A stretch of 64,000 bases of DNA from the human T2T-CHM13v2.0 reference genome, Homo sapiens. A program made the position numbers and the translations under genes. Location of the stretch: NCBI RefSeq assembly GCF_009914755.1, contig NC_060927.1; one strand, written 5' to 3'. Below, piece by piece: positions 28,430-41,384 of the stretch; position 1 is the first letter of the stretch; every line of letters begins with the position of its first letter. The notes under the pieces are model-generated. The model was not told the DNA's origin. It saw only the letters and a program-made list of their open reading frames with translations, and ran no database searches.

Positions 28430-28755
28430 TTCAATCCCAGAAGCTATAGCACAACGGCTGAATCGCCAGGACCCCCGGGGAGGCGTGGCTTCAGGACCGG
28501 AAGAAGCTCCTGTTGCCAAGGGAACGGTGCCTGCCAAGGCGCCTGCTCAGCGACTGATGCACAGACTGCTGCAGAGGCTGCCGGTTTTCCCAACTTCTAG
28601 AGACGGCTTTGCTCATTACCAGGCATCCTTCCCATGTAGGCATCGAGAAGAAGGCTGAGGGACCCTCGCACCAGATTTCCATCCCGGAGACCGATACGAG
28701 TGCGTCCATTCCTGTTGCCAGCTCCTGCGCCCTCCGGACTAACCTCAAAAACCAG
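28430..28755 (+). other. ARL6: ARL6 non-coding exon 1 (start approximate)
   Basis: Donor CAG|gtatct at 28755/28756 at the 3' edge of the CpG island; TSS cannot be fixed from sequence. Confidence 0.7.
28512..28525 (+). promoter_or_regulatory. RFX X-box
   Basis: GTTGCCAAGGGAAC, one mismatch to GTTNCCATGGNAAC; RFX control of ciliary/BBS genes is established. Confidence 0.75.
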
Positions 28756-28987
28756 GTATCTCCTCAACGCCGGTTTTTAAAGCCAGCGCCACCCTCTGTC
28801 CCCGTCAGTTTTAGAATTCCTCTTTGGTCTTTCCCATGTTTTTCACTCCACGCGTGTAGTTGTTGCTAATGTATGAGAAGTAGAAAAGAAGGTGAGTTAT
28901 AGAGGCCCTAGAAAACTTACTAAACTGGTTTGGACGTATGTTTGGTTGATGGGTTTTAACAATGCTCAACTTAGACCCGTGTATTGG

Positions 28988-29009
28988 GTGTGTGTGTGTG
29001 TGTGTGTGT
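28988..29009. repeat. (GT)n microsatellite
   Basis: About 11 GT units. Confidence 0.95.
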
Positions 29010-29400
29010 AAGTGTAATTTAAATTATATCATAAAAAACTGAAAGCCGAATAAGAATGTTTATTTGGGGTAATAAAAGTAGGCAACATTTCAATCAACAA
29101 ACACTTTACAGAGTTTACTAAGTATCATTCGTGGTGTTTTCTCTGGGCTACCACTCTGTCTCTGCAGCTTACCCTCTAAGCTGTTAACTGTGGATAACAT
29201 CCTAATTCTTCTGGACTTCTCTGGCAATATGTAATCCTTTAGGAAACAGTCTGTCAGACAATAACCAAGAGAATTTGGCTGGTGTGCAAAGAGAGGGTTA
29301 CAGTAAGATAAGAAACAAGAAAGGAAGATTGGAGCCAGATTGTGGACAACCTTAAAAGCTGTGCTTGGAAGTTTGAAACTACTGGCTTTATTCTGAAAGC

Positions 29401-29533
29401 CAGTAGTTCTCAATAGTAACTTCACATCAGAAACACTGGGTAGCTTTTAAAACTACAGATGCCCTGATCTTATTTTCAAAAATTCGGATTCAGCAATTGA
29501 TTTCAGAGTGCAGCCAGGGTTGAGAATCATGGC
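29401..29533. mobile_element. MER5-like hAT DNA transposon relic
   Basis: cagtagttctcaa ... gcagccagggttgagaatcatgg terminal inverted repeat pattern. Confidence 0.65.
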
Positions 29534-31831
29534 TATCAGAGTAGGAAGCTGCAGAAAACAGTTGTATCTCTCGCTGCACACTTAAGACACGATTAACAAA
29601 TATTGACTGGCTTCAATTATCTTTTATTTATGCATGCAGAAAGTCAACTTATGGAAGGAAAATTATAACTACTTGAAACGTAGAAGTTTAAAGGCTCTAT
29701 GATAGTTGTTTATAAAGCAATTTCAATAAATGTGATTACCTCTTTTAGAAAAACTGCCTGCTCTTCTAAATTGTGTGTCCCAAAATATTTCATTAACAAG
29801 TATCAAGTGATAATCCATGGAAAAGTGATGGAAAGTCACAATACAAGGTACTGTGAAAAACGAATATTCAAGCATCAGGCTTTAAACACTCAGTGCTTTA
29901 TAGTAGATGCTTAAAGGGGGGAAAATGTGAGAAGTTGTCGTTTTTAAAACATAAGTTCTAAATTATGAAATGGAGAACAAGATATAAGCATTTATATCAA
30001 TATGTTTATGCAGTAAATAAAGTGAGTAATAGCAAATTTACTTTGAAATCAAATGGTATGTGTGAATTGCTTCATGACATCAGAAGGTTAATTTAAAATA
30101 GATTTTACAAATGCTGGTCCTTAAGCTGTAATTTAAAGAAATGGACTGAATAAGATTTGAATCTCTGATACAAGGAGAAAAGCAGATTGAAGTGGCACAA
30201 ATGGAAGTACCTGAGGTCAAACTCATCCTTGGGGAAAGACAAACGTGGTTCTGTAATAGGCCTCACCTTTTGGCATGGCACTGTTCCATCTCTTCTCTGC
30301 ACATCACTGAAATTTAGTTTTGAAATTTCTACCCATAATCATATCCCAAAAGGCCTAAGCAAAATGTTGACTATGCAACCTCCTTTTAGATACAGTTGTC
30401 TTGGAAGCCTGTTATTGATAAAGTTGCTGCAGCCTCACATCCTTCAAGGTATGGCCTTGCCTGAAATTGTATGGAATAAAAAGTATTGAAGAAACTGTAA
30501 TATGACAGGTTGCTTATGCAACCTTAGATGGAGATGAGAATAAGTCAATTTAATGAGAATAAAAACATTAGAGAACTAATGTTGGTGAGTAATGAGAAAT
30601 ATTTGGTACATAGATATATTGTAGCAGTTCCTGCAGCAGTTGGGGGCTGGAAAAAGGGATCTATCTCCCTGTCCTTCTACCACAAAGTAATGGTTTGGGG
30701 AGCAATGGACCCAAAGTGAGCTCCTTTGAAAAGTTTAGTTTGGAGACCTGAAGTGTAAATTTAACAGTACCTTAGATGAATATAAACAGCCATAAAGTTA
30801 CCACATAGCAAGTTTTATGTACACAGCAGTTTTATTTGACTTCCAAATACTTCTATTTTTGGATTGCTGATAGTTTTTTTTTAAGTTTGCATTAGAAAGA
30901 ATTTTTTTTTCAAAGAATCAATACAATTGAACAAGAGAAATGAACACTTTAGGGACAAGTTAACAAAGAAATTTTTAAGATACTTAAAAAACTAAATTAA
31001 AATCTACAATCAGTATTTACTTCCTTATTCTATACTAATACGATAAAGTCCTTTTAAAATAGCACTTAGGAGGATGTTTCAGATAAGTTACAGTTAAAAA
31101 ACAGATATTTAGTAAGGTTCAATAAATTGAATGTGTGTATGTATTTATGCATAACCTTCTTCACAAAGGGATTTGTGGTGACTTACAAAGATGTATGTAT
31201 AGGATAAGGGGAAATAAGGATAAGTATTTCAGGATTCTTTGCTTCTACTGAGAGAAAACCCTACTTAAACTGGAAATAACCAAGCAAGCAAAAAAAAGTG
31301 AATTTATTGTAACTTCATATTATTACAAAATATAACAATGGGGCTGGCTTCTGATAAAGATTTAACAGTGGCTTAAATGATATCACCAAAATCTCAAAAT
31401 CTGTCTGCTTTTCAGATCTGCCTTCTACTTTCTGCCTTCTACATGAACCCCATTGCCCATTCATTGTTTCAGATTTTCTGGAAAGGCTACGGCCTAATTC
31501 TTCCATATTTTCAAGTATCACAATTCGCAGACTCCAAATGATACTGAGGCTGACCATGTTTTATTCTTAAATATGATAAATTACAGAGAGAAATGTTGTT
31601 ATTTCCAAGGCATTGTTCTGTGTTGCCACCTGTTATAAGCTGCAAATCTGCGTGTCAGTTAAGGCTCCTTTCTGGTAATCAGCTTACACTGTGTTTACTA
31701 AGTGCAAAGCTACATTGACATAGTTTTCACACTATTATTATGTGTATTTAAATTATTACCTTTTTTTAATACACCTACCAATATTTTCCATAACTTAAGG
31801 TGCCTTTGGGTAATATTTTATTTTTTCTTAA

Positions 31832-32059
<228 letters not shown>

Positions 32060-35000
32060 TGACGTTAAAACCGCATATAATCACATTAAGATATTCTGTT
32101 AACCTTTCAGTACCTTTAAGTATCCTCAGCCATAATTTGCAGTATATTTTATACAGTAAATTTTAATTATTAAACTGGAATATTATTTTCAAATGTCTTT
32201 TCTTTCAAAAGTTCTTCACAGATTTACTGAGTTTACTTTAAATGTCATTGCCTTCTTTTTAGTTTCCTCCTTACAGGAGGAGCAAAACAGAGAAAGGTGA
32301 AACATTTTTATAGGTTCTATGGATAATTAGACAATTTTTGAAAGTATAGTATGCATATTAGTAATAGTAAGCAAGATGATTTTAAGCAACAAGTGTATGG
32401 ACATATTGTAATAACTGAAAAATATATAAAGCTAGCACATTTAACATGTGATGTATAAGTTAAAGTTAAAGTCTGCTGCATATAAAGAAAGCCTATCTAA
32501 TAGGGCTTTCCTAATTTCTGGCACCAATTCCTGAGCCTTTATGTTTGGACAACTCTCCTGCCTTATCAGAAAAACTGACCTCCAGGTCCAGAGAAAAGTG
32601 ATTGGCTTTGCTTTTTTTTCTTTTTTTTATGGTAATGGTAACAGCCAAGGAGCCACTTGAAATGGGACTTCTTGAGGGGTTTCAAACCTCTGTCACTCGG
32701 TTATAGATGTAGATACAACACTTGCTCCCTTCCTACACCAAGCTCAAGAAGAGTCTCTTGTAAGCTTACATCCACTACTAGAACATTATTTTTAAGGAAT
32801 TAAATAAAATAAGTACAGAAATGTACAATGCTGTGATAGGAAATGCCTTGCAAAAAAATAGTGCCCATCTCATTTTATAGTAAAATTGTCTCATTTTTGT
32901 GGATAAAATCAGTTTCTAGGTAAGTAGTTCTTTCCTGGACACAAACTAGTTTTTCATATTAAGCTATCTTTATGTTTATTTATTGTTAATGTACTGAGGT
33001 TGCTGGCATTTTAGAATAGGGAGAGAGGGAGGACATTTTAATCTGATCGCTTTTTTCAAGAATCTAGTCTTAGCTGTCATTTTTTTAGAGATAGACTCTA
33101 TATACCTTTTTCAAAAATTTCAATCTTTATTCCACTACCAATCTTTATTGTCACATCATCCAGTTTTTATATCATTTTTTATTGATACAAATTTAGGGGT
33201 TACATGTGATAGTTTGATACATGCATACAATGCATAATAAATCAGAGTCACTGGGATATCCATCACCTCAAAAATTTATCTTTTTTGTATGTTCAGAACA
33301 TTCTAATTCTTCTTTTCTGGCTATTTTGAAATATCCAGTAAATTATTGTTGACTATAGTCACTCTACTGAATTATCAAACACTAAGTCTTATTCCTTTAT
33401 CTAACTGTATTTTTATACCTATTAATGAACCTCTCTCCACCCCTCTCTCCGCCCTACCCTTCCCAGCCTCTGGTAACCACCTACTCTATGTCTCTATGAG
33501 ATCTACTTTTTCAGATCCCACAAACAAGTGAGAACATGTGATACTTGTCTTTCTGGACCTGGCTTATTTCACTTAACTTAATGACCTTCAGTTCTCTCCA
33601 TATTGCTGCAAATGACAGGATTTCAGTCTTTTTTATGGCTGAATAATATTTCATTGTGTATATGTACCAAATTTTCATTATCCATACATCCATTGATGGA
33701 CAAAAGTGTATTCCATATCTTGGCTATTGTGAATAGTGGTGCTATAAACTTGGGAGTGCAGGTATCTCTTTGATACATTGATTTCCATTTTTTTGGATAT
33801 ATTCCCACAGTGGGATTGCTGGATCTTATGGGAGTTCTATTTTTAGTTTCATGCGGAAACACTATACTGTTTTCCATAGTGGCTACACTAATTTGCATTC
33901 CCACCAACAATCTACGAGAGTTCCCCCTTTTCTACATCTTCACCAGCATTCATTATTTTTTTGCCTTTTTTGATAAAGGCAATTTTAACTGGGGTGAAAT
34001 AATATCTCATTGTAGTTTGATATATATTTTCCTGATGAATAATGATGAGCATTTTTTTCATATGCCTGTTGGCCATTTGTCTATATTCTTTTGAGAAATG
34101 TCTATTCAGATCTTTTACCCATTTTTTTAGTCAGATTTTTTGTGTTTTGTTTTTCCTTGCTACTGAATTGAGTTCCTTCTGTATTCTGGTTATTAATCCT
34201 TTGTTGAGTGGATATTATGTAAATATTTTCTGTAATTCTGTAGATTATCTCTTCACTTTGTTGATTGTTTCCTTTGCTGTGTAGAAGCTTTGTAGCTTGA
34301 TATAGTCCAATTTGTCTATTTTTGCTTTTGTTACATGTGCTTCTGAGGTCTTACTGCCCAAATCAGTGTCCTGAAGCATTTTCCCTGTGTTTTCTCCTAG
34401 TACTTTGATAGTTTTGGGTCTTAGATTTAAGTCTTTAATCCATTTTTAGTTGACTTTTGTATATGGTGGGAGATAGGGGTCTAGTTTCAGTCTTCTACAT
34501 GTGTTTATCCAGTGTTCCAGCATCATAAGACTATCCTTTTCCCAATGTATGTTCTTGGATGTCTTTTTGGAAAATGAGTTGGATGTAAATACATGGATTT
34601 ATTTCTGGCTTCTCTGTTCTCTTCTGTTGGTCTGTGTGTGTGTGTTTATGCCAAAACTATGCTGTTTTGGTTATCATGGCTTTGTAGTATAGTTTGAAGT
34701 CAGATAGTGTGGTACCTCCAACTTTGTACTTTTTGTTCAGGATTATTTTGGCTATTTGGGGTCTTTTATGGTTTCATATAAATTTTAGGATTCTTTTTAT
34801 ATTTCTGTGAATGTTATTGGTATTTTGATAGGGATTGCATTGACTCTGTTAATCTCTTCGGGTGGTATAGATATTTTAACTGTGATAATTCTTTTAATCC
34901 ATGAGCATAGATAGAATAGCTTTTCATGTTTTTGTGTCCTCTTCAATTTCTTTTATCAATATTTTATAGTTTTAGTTGTAGAGATCTTTGGTTGGATTTA

Positions 35001-36315
35001 TTCTTAAGTATTTTATATTTTTTATAGCTATTATATATGGGATTACTTTCTTGATTTCATTTTCAGATTGTTTGTTCTTGGTGTATATAAATGCTATTGA
35101 TTTTTATATGTGGACTTTTGTATCCTGAAACTTAACTGAATCTCTTTATCAGTTCTAACAGTATTTTTGGTAGAGTCTTCAGGTTTTTCTAAATATAAGA
35201 ACATGTCATCTGCAAACAAGGATAATTTGAGTTATTTCTTTCCAATACTGATGACCTTCATTTTTCTTGCCTAATTGCTCTGGCTGGAACTTCTAGTATT
35301 GTTTTTGAGTAAAAGTGGTGAAAATGAACATCCTTGTCTTGATCCAGGTTTAGAGGAAAGGCTTTTAGTTTTTCTCCATTCAGTATATTAGCTCCACCAG
35401 TATAATATTAGTATATTAGCCATGGTTTTGTCATTTATTTAGCCTTTATTGTTTGAGGTATGGTTCTTTTAATCCAATTTGTTGAGAGTTTTTGTCATAA
35501 AGAGATGTTGAATTTTATCAAAAGTTTTTTCAACGTCTATTTAAATGATCATATGGTTTTGTCCTTGATACTATTAATCTTATGGGCTCATATATTGATT
35601 TGTGTATGTTGAACCATCCTTGCATCCCTGGGATGAATCCTACTGATCATGGTGAATGAACTTTTTAATAGGTTGTTAGATTCAGTTTTGCTAGCATTTT
35701 GTTGAAGATTTTTGCATCTATGTTCATGAGGGATATTGGCCTGTAGTTTTATCATTGTATTCCTGACTAGTTTCGGTGTCAGATTAATGCCAGTTTTGTA
35801 AAATGAGTTTGGAAGTGTTTCCTTCTCTTTACTTTTTGGGATCGTTTGAGTTGAATTAGTATTTGTTTTTTAAATGTTTGGTAGAATTCCATAGTGAAGC
35901 CATCAGGTCCTAATATTTTCTTTAATGGGAGACTTTATATTAGTGCTTTGATCTCCTTACTCATTATTGGCCTGTTCAGGTATTTTATTTTTCCATAGTT
36001 CAATCTCAGTAGGTTGAATGTGTCCGGCAATTTATCCACTTCTATGTTATCCAATTTGTTGGCATGTAGTTTTTCATAATAATCTCTAATAATCCCTTGT
36101 ATTTCTGTGGTATCAGTTGTTATTTCTCATTCTTAAGTTCTAATTTCATTTATTTGGATCCTCTTTTTTTTTCCTAGTTTATCTAATGTCTTCTCAATTT
36201 TATAATTTCAAAAAGCCAACTTTTTGATTCTTTGATCTTTTGTATGTTTTTAGTCTCACTTTCATTTATTTTTGTTATGATCTTTATTTATTTCCTTCTA
36301 TTAATTTTGGTTTAG

Positions 36316-36686
<371 letters not shown>

Positions 36687-36782
36687 TGATGTATGTGTTT
36701 ATTGCTATAAACTTCTTGGTTAGTACTGGTTTTGCAGTATCCATAGATTTTGGTATGTTGTATTTCCCTTTTCATTTAAGAA

Positions 36783-37228
36783 TGTATTAGTCAGGGTTCT
36801 CTAGAGGGACAGAACTAATAGGATAGATATCTATAAAGGGGAGTTTCTTAAGTGGTATTAACTCACACAGTCACAAGGCTCCACAATAGTCTGTCTGCAG
36901 GCTGAGGAGCAAGGAAGCCAGTCTGAGTCACAAAACTGAAGAACTTGGAGTCCGATGTTCAAGGACAGGAAGCATCCAGCATGGGAGAAAGACGTAGGCT
37001 GGGAGGCTAAGCCAGTTTACCTTTTCACATTTTTCTGCCTGCTTTATATATTCTGGGCGCACTGGCAGCTGATTAGATGGTACTCAGCCAGATTAAGGGT
37101 GGTCTGTCTTTCCCAGCCCACTGACTCAAATATTAATCTCCTTTGGCAGCACCCTCACAGACACACCCAGGATCAATACTTTGCATCACTCAATCCAATC
37201 AAGTTGACACTCAGTATTAACCATCACA
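36783..37228 (-). mobile_element. MLT2A (HERV-L) 3' LTR
   Basis: tgtattagtcagggttctctagagggacagaac ... cagtattaaccatcaca; adjacent polypurine tract (minus strand AAGGGGTGGACT, 37229-37240). Confidence 0.93.
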
Positions 37229-38962
37229 AGTCCACCCCTTGTCAATACACATCTCCTGAGATCATACATAATGTTCAAATAAGGACAATAATAAGGTCAT
37301 AATTATGCCTAACATAATACAACTATCCTTCGTACAACCGGAAATATACCAATCCCCAACCCAAATGCTATTACATAAAGTCAACAGTATTTAAATGCTG
37401 AAATGAAGTTAATAAATCTTATGTCACATGATAAAGGAAAAAGAAAATAAAATGAATATATTTTCATAGTACAAGTTTATATGTACACAAACATGTTTTT
37501 AACAAAAGGAGGAAATACTCATGGCAGTTACAGTCTTTGTTTCTGTAACTGGTCATGTGGTCACAGCTGGTATTGATGACTACCTTCTTCTACTACCTAT
37601 TCTGTATTCCCTTTGCCTTCAGCAGGCACCTCAGCAGGTGCTGCTTTTGTTTGTTTGTTTGTTTGTTTTTCCTGGTGGAGTGACCCAAACCTTCATTCCT
37701 GGAGGGTCTGGTCCATATGTAGTCCTGCCAGATTGGGCTGTTGTAGTTTCCCATTGACCTTAATCACAGGGCATGGTAATACAAAGAGATGCCCTAATGG
37801 ATCTCCTATATTCCATACATACTCTTCCTTACCTCCGTTGTGGAGTGATAGTCTGATTTCATCTTGATAGTCCCGGATAGTCACCCCAGCCAACACTAAC
37901 TCCCTTCTTAGCTTGTTGACTTAAAGGTAGGAGGAGCCTGTTCTCCAGATTACTGTTTATATAAATTAGAAAACTCGAGCAGTTCTTTTTGAGTGTAGTG
38001 CACCACCTCATGGATCACACTCTCAACCTTACCTCTGGGGCCCCCCCAGGATTTTAGTTATAGTTTAGTTATTCCGGGATTTTAGTTTAGAATCCCCCCG
38101 GGATTCTAGAAGCAGGCGGGGGTATTGAGGGTGACTCTTGAGGAGAATCAACATTATCTTGCCTGGCAACTGCCTCAGGGGAGGCCATCACTGTTGTCCC
38201 AGGCAGCGCAGGGTTTATCTCCTCAGACAAAGGTGGAAAGGCTGATGGCAGCATGGGTGGGGGAGGGGATGTTGCCACTACTGGGAATGGGGAAGCTGTT
38301 TCTTCTGGCAAAACAAGGTTCATCAGAGTTTACAAGCTTGGTGTCCCCAGCTTCATCAGGGTCCTCCCACACATCCCCATTCCAAGTTGCAGAGTCCCAT
38401 TCTTTTCCAATCAATGCCCTCACTTCAACAGTAGGTACCTGGCGAGGCTGTGCATGCACCTTTCATTGCAGGTCAGCAACTGATATAAGAGCTTGTGCCT
38501 GTTTTTCCACAATTTCAGCTCTTTCTCTACAGGAGATAAGACTCTCACTCAGGGCAGTCTTAGCAGCTTTGAGGCTCAGTATGTGCTTCTGAAGCTGGGA
38601 GTTACAATCCCTGAGTTCATAATTTTCTTTCATTACTTTGTCCAGTGAACTTAAGAGCAACCAACCAACTTCATTATGTTCCTTGGTTCTCCACATATAG
38701 TCAAAGGTATTATGTATAGAGTCACTAAACTACTTACCGCTCACGAGCAGTGAATCAAGAGTGTCAAATGCATTTATTTTGCATAACTCTCTAAACAGTT
38801 CGTGCCAAGGACTATCAGTGTTCTCCATACTATTAAAAGTAGAGTCCTTAGCATTTTGGGGTCTAATCATATTAAGCAGCCAACTCCAGAAACCCCAAAA
38901 CCAATGAAAGAACTCCATCCTTAATATTCTGTTCCTCTAGAACCACTCCTGGTACCAAAATC
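37229..38962 (-). mobile_element. HERV-L internal region, internally deleted (gag N-terminus fused to the dUTPase/3' region)
   Basis: Disrupted gag ORFs 38918-38087 (FWSWLLNMIRP, WNGDVWEDPD); 3' ORF 37896-37693 (DYQDEI.L.LHNGGKEEY.WN.GDPLG); PBS ccactcctggtacca 38943-38957 matches the tRNA-Leu 3' end. Confidence 0.9.
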
Positions 38963-39412
38963 TATATTAGTCAGGGTCCTCTAGAAGGACAGAACTAATA
39001 GGATAGATAGATATACATATAAAGGGGAGTTTATTAAGTAGTATTAACTCACGTGATCACAGAGTCCCACAATATACCATCTGCATGCTGAGGAGCAAGG
39101 AAACCGGTCCGAGTCCCAAAACTGAAGAACTTGAAGTCTGATGTTCAAGGGCAGGAAGCATCCAGCACGGTAGAAAGATGTAGGCTGGGAGGCTAAGCCA
39201 CCTAGCCTTTTCAGGTTTTTTTTTTGCCTGCTTTATATATTCTGGCCACACTGGCAGCTGATTAGATTGTTCCCACCCAGATTAAGGTGATTGTTCCCAG
39301 CACACTGACTCAAATGTTAATCTCCTTTAGCAGCACCCTCACAGACACACCCAGGATCAATACTTTGCATCCTTCAATCCAATCAAATTGACACTTAGTA
39401 TTAACCATCACA
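38963..39412 (-). mobile_element. MLT2A (HERV-L) 5' LTR
   Basis: Direct repeat of 36783-37228; provirus flanked by 5-bp TSD AAGAA (36778-36782, 39413-39417). Confidence 0.93.
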
Positions 39413-40386
39413 AAGAACTTTTGAATTTCCTTCTTAATTTCTTCATTCACCCATTGAATATTAGGAAGCATGTTAATTTCCATGTGTTTTTATAGTTTCC
39501 AAAGTTCCTCTCATTATTGATTTCTAGTTTTATTCCATTGTGGTTAGAAAAGATACTTGATATGATCTCTACCTTTTAAAATTTGTTGAGATTTGTTTTG
39601 TTGCCTAACATGATCTATTTTAGAGAATGTTCCATTTGATGATGAAGATAATGTATATTCTGCAGCTGTTGGATGGAATGTTCCATAAATGTTTATTAGG
39701 TCCATTTGGTCTAGAGTTCAGTTTAACTTGGATTTCTTTTGTTGTTGATTTTTCTGTCTGAATGATCTGTCTATTACTGAGAATGGGGTGTTGAAGTCCT
39801 CTGCTGTTATTGTATTGCAGTCTTTCTCACCCTTTAGCTCTATTAATGTTTGGTTAATATATACGGTGTTCCCATGTTGAAGGCACATATATTTACAATT
39901 GTTATATTCTCATTCTGAATTTACTCCTTTTTCCTCATATAGTGATTTACTTTGTCTCTTTTTATAGTCTTTGACTTGTAATCTGTTTTATCTGATATGA
40001 GTATAGTTAATCTTGCTGTTTGTTGGTTTTCATTTACATGGAATGTCTTTATCCGTTTTGTTTTCAGCCTGTGTGTATCTTCATAGATGAAATGAGTTTT
40101 TTGTGGAAAGCACATAGTTGGGTCTTATTTTTTTTTAATCCATTCAGCCACTCTGTGTCTTCTAATTGAAGAATGTAGTTCATTTACATTTAATACTATT
40201 ACTGATAGGTAAGGACTTACTATTGCCATTTAGTTAATTTTTCTCTTGTTTTGTAGCTCCTCTTTTCCTTTCTTCCTTTCTTAAGGGATATTACTTGTGC
40301 TAATCTTAGTACTGGATATTTGTTTTTGGTTTTCTGTGGGAGATAGTGAAGCCTAATTGCTTCTTGCTTCTACTTCATTTTGGTGA

Positions 40387-40714
<328 letters not shown>

Positions 40715-41069
40715 ACCCTTATTCTTAAAATTTAAAACAATCTAAAATTGTTCAGTTGATAACTTGCATATTCATTTGATAACTGGCTTATTAAATTTCT
40801 CCCATTATAAACGAGCATAGATTTTTCTCTTCTTCAGCAGTGAATCCCAGATACCTAGAATAATGCTTGGCACTTTGGATGAGTAGATTGATGGATGATT
40901 TTTTAATATTTAGTTTTGGCCAGGGGATTATGATTGATACCACCAAGGATATCATTTTTATCAGACTTAATGAAACTAACCAAATAGGATCTCTCTCAGA
41001 AATCTTATTCTGTTCCTGTTTATGTTGGTGTATCCTTGAACTGTCTCAGAATGTTTTGTTCCACTAAGG

Positions 41070-41384
41070 CAATACGATAACCACAGGAGATTTGTTCCAG
41101 GACACACATTCCCACCCACCCCCTTCCACCCTCCTACCTATATAAAATGGTATAGTATTTGCATATAACTTATGCACATCCTCCTGTATACCTTAAATCA
41201 TCTCTAGATTACTAATAATACTTTAATACAATATAAATACTATGTAAATAGTGTTTATTGTATTTATACATTTGTAATATTTTTATTGTTAAATAGTATT
41301 GTTATCTTTTTTAAATTATTATTTTCAATTCATGTTGGCTAAATCTGTGGATTTAGAAGCTATAGATACAGAGGGCTGACTGTA
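41070..41384 (+). mobile_element. MER2 (TcMar-Tigger MITE)
   Basis: tataaaatggtatagtatttgcatataac...aaatcatctctagattac ... gatacagagggctgactgta. Confidence 0.8.

Larger units (their letters stand above)
28070..28860 (+). promoter_or_regulatory. ARL6: CpG-island promoter of ARL6
   Basis: Sharp rise in GC and CpG in an otherwise AT-rich window, 3 kb upstream of the ARL6 ATG exon. Confidence 0.9.

Noticed and set aside
27975-28869. Stack of overlapping ORFs on both strands
   Set aside because: Expected from stop-codon scarcity in a CpG island
38125-38592. 155-aa + strand ORF
   Set aside because: Antisense shadow of HERV-L gag
38087-38918. Domesticated Fv1-like gag gene
   Set aside because: gag is broken by stops and frameshifts into fragments under 80 aa
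38943-38957. tRNA-Leu-like sequence
   Set aside because: Only the 15-nt retroviral primer-binding site; no cloverleaf
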